The position numbers and the translations under genes were made by a program. A stretch of DNA of 64,000 bases from positions 1 through 64,000 of IMG/VR virus record IMGVR_UViG_3300045282_000084; one strand, written 5' to 3'. The notes below the pieces were generated by a model. The model was given only the letters and a program-made list of their open reading frames with translations. It searched no databases and had not been told where the DNA came from. Shown here piece by piece: positions 62,444-64,000 of this stretch. The first letter of the stretch is position 1. Every line of letters begins with the position of its first letter. This DNA comes from a virus.

Positions 62444-62466
62444 CCCTCTAGGGGGTGCGATACCAT
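62444..62466 (+). promoter_or_regulatory. phage promoter CCCTCTA-N10-TACCAT
   Basis: Shared motif in an intergenic gap. Confidence 0.65.
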
Positions 62467-62505
62467 CACCCTATAGGGTCAGTCAACGACCACAGGGAGG
62501 TTGGT

Positions 62506-63117
62506 GTGGACGAGGATCTTAGACGCGCGCTTGACGAAGCCTTCGACAGCAGCGGTATTGGGGTCATTCCCGCGCTGATGATCATGGAGGCGGGCAGCGA
62601 GTTCATGTCGTGCGAGGAGTTCGGCGAACTGATCGAGGGCCACCAGGGCGATCTGGCGGAGAGGTTCGACGCCCCCGATGATGACTGGAGTCAGTTCATG
62701 GCCATCCAGTGCGTCGATGGCTCCGTACACGTGTTCTACATCGATGTGCTCATGGACCCGCGGATCAAGGATTTCCTGGCCACCTGGATCGTGCCGCGCG
62801 TGATCAGGGAGACGAACGCTCGCACATTCGGGTTTGCGTTCAACGCCTGGGCGATTGACATGAAACAGCACTCGGAAAGGCCCAACACCATGCCAAGCGA
62901 TCATCCCGATCGGTTCGAGGTGCTGGAGGTAATCGTGGCTGACTGGTCGGGGCACATGTACACGGCTTCTGCCAAGATCAACCGCACCAACACCGCCCCT
63001 CCGATCTTGAGCGATTGGGATGCGCGACCGTTCGATGGCATGAAAGGTCGCTTTGTCGATCCGATGCTGGCTGCGATGAAGGAGCAGGCCAAGGTGGCGA
63101 GGGCCGAGCAGAACTGA
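62506..63117 (+). CDS. hypothetical protein
   Basis: GGGAGG RBS before GTG 62506; PSDHPDR.EVL motif. Confidence 0.65.
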   Translation: MDEDLRRALDEAFDSSGIGVIPALMIMEAGSEFMSCEEFGELIEGHQGDLAERFDAPDDDWSQFMAIQCVDGSVHVFYIDVLMDPRIKDFLATWIVPRVIRETNARTFGFAFNAWAIDMKQHSERPNTMPSDHPDRFEVLEVIVADWSGHMYTASAKINRTNTAPPILSDWDARPFDGMKGRFVDPMLAAMKEQAKVARAEQN

Positions 63118-63509
63118 TGAACGGTCTGTGGTGGCAAATACCCGCCGCCGTGGCGGTGACGGTGCTGCCGGTCGTGCTGGTCAAGCTGGAGAAGAAGTAC
63201 AAGCATCAGATCGAGTCGGCGGTTGGCCTGGTCGTGCCCACCGTCATCCTGACCTACGCGACGGTCAAGCTGTTCCAGGTGTACGGCTGGATGACCCCGG
63301 TGTGGATCATGGTCTTTGTTGCCGGAGTGGTCGCCGTCTACCTGTTCGCAGCGATGCTGTATGGGGTGTACCGGGCGACCAGGGTCGGACGCAGGCAGGG
63401 ATCGCCGTGGTGGGTGTGGCTGACGCTGCCCTTCTGGCTACTGCGCGAGCTTTCGCTGGGGCTTGGGGTGGTGATCTGGCGTGCAGGAAGGCGAGCTGTT
63501 CATCGCTGA
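63117..63509 (+). CDS. multi-pass membrane protein
   Basis: About four hydrophobic segments; TGATG coupling. Confidence 0.65.
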   Translation: MNGLWWQIPAAVAVTVLPVVLVKLEKKYKHQIESAVGLVVPTVILTYATVKLFQVYGWMTPVWIMVFVAGVVAVYLFAAMLYGVYRATRVGRRQGSPWWVWLTLPFWLLRELSLGLGVVIWRAGRRAVHR

Positions 63510-64000
63510 GGCCGTCGCTCACATGATGCGCCCCCTGGTGCAGTCCCAGGTGCGCGAGACTTCGACCTGCGTTCTCTCAACTAGGATCGCGATCGAGGTG
63601 CTCGGCTACTTCGAAATCGCGGCCACGCCACAGCCGGTGGAGATTCACGTGATCAACCAGGCGATGGCTGACTGGATCGAGGCTGGGTATCCAGGTGGCG
63701 TCGAGCACGGCAAGGAGCTTGGAGCGTGGGGCGTATCCACCATTGCAGACCAACCGGCCGAGTCGGGCAAGTGGGCCGGTCACCTGATCGTGCGCCTGGA
63801 CGATGCGTTTATCGACTCAGACCTAGGGGCGTACTCGCGCCCGCACCGCTCACTCGTGGTCCCTGATGGCATTGTGCTTGGCGCTGACGCTGATCCGCCC
63901 TGGGGCTATGACTTGGGCGGGGTGCATCTGGTCTACACGCCCACGACGGATGTGAGCTGGAAGGAGAGCATCGATTGGAACAGCAAGGGAGTCAAGAAGT
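63481..64000 (+). CDS. hypothetical protein (3'-truncated by the window edge)
   Basis: Frame open to the window end: TCVLSTRI...WAGHLIV...FID (possible C-H-D triad). Confidence 0.5.
   Translation, partial: MQEGELFIAEAVAHMMRPLVQSQVRETSTCVLSTRIAIEVLGYFEIAATPQPVEIHVINQAMADWIEAGYPGGVEHGKELGAWGVSTIADQPAESGKWAGHLIVRLDDAFIDSDLGAYSRPHRSLVVPDGIVLGADADPPWGYDLGGVHLVYTPTTDVSWKESIDWNSKGVKK

Noticed and set aside
1-64000. Integrase, att sites, repressor cassette or alternative genetic code
   Set aside because: None recognisable; genes read cleanly in the standard code; lifestyle cannot be determined from this window

Overview
The window is a contiguous stretch of a high-GC tailed dsDNA phage of siphovirus type. 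The host is most plausibly an actinobacterium; this is inferred from GC content, TANNNT/leaderless promoters and the cell-wall enzyme types. I saw no host genes, integrase, tRNA, rRNA or CRISPR array. Left arm (+ strand, ~1-45.2 kb): HNH, portal-MuF fusion and HK97 prohead protease; then a ~15 kb cassette of putative virion-appendage and carbohydrate-active genes, namely a GH26, a hyaluronidase(HylP)-like/pectate-lyase-like fusion, and a 3296-aa fibre with ~55-60 18-aa repeats carrying lectin-like, GH26 and GH10 domains. After that come the HK97 capsid, head-tail joining genes, tail tube, frameshifting tail chaperone, tape measure, minor tail proteins, a multi-enzyme lysis cassette, a ParB-like gene and only then the terminase. 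Right arm (~45.2-64 kb): AAA ATPase, SLOG protein, Rad52/Sak recombinase, replication initiator/helicase-loader-like genes and many small early-type genes. Best candidates for undescribed biology: (1) the giant enzyme-bearing fibre cassette inside the head module; (2) large, strongly base-paired non-coding RNAs around the recombinase that display anti-Shine-Dalgarno loops, one of them exactly complementary (10/10 nt) to the recombinase RBS; (3) a recurrent phage promoter class CCCTCT(A/C)-N10-TANNNT. All family calls come from motif recognition by eye, not from database searches.
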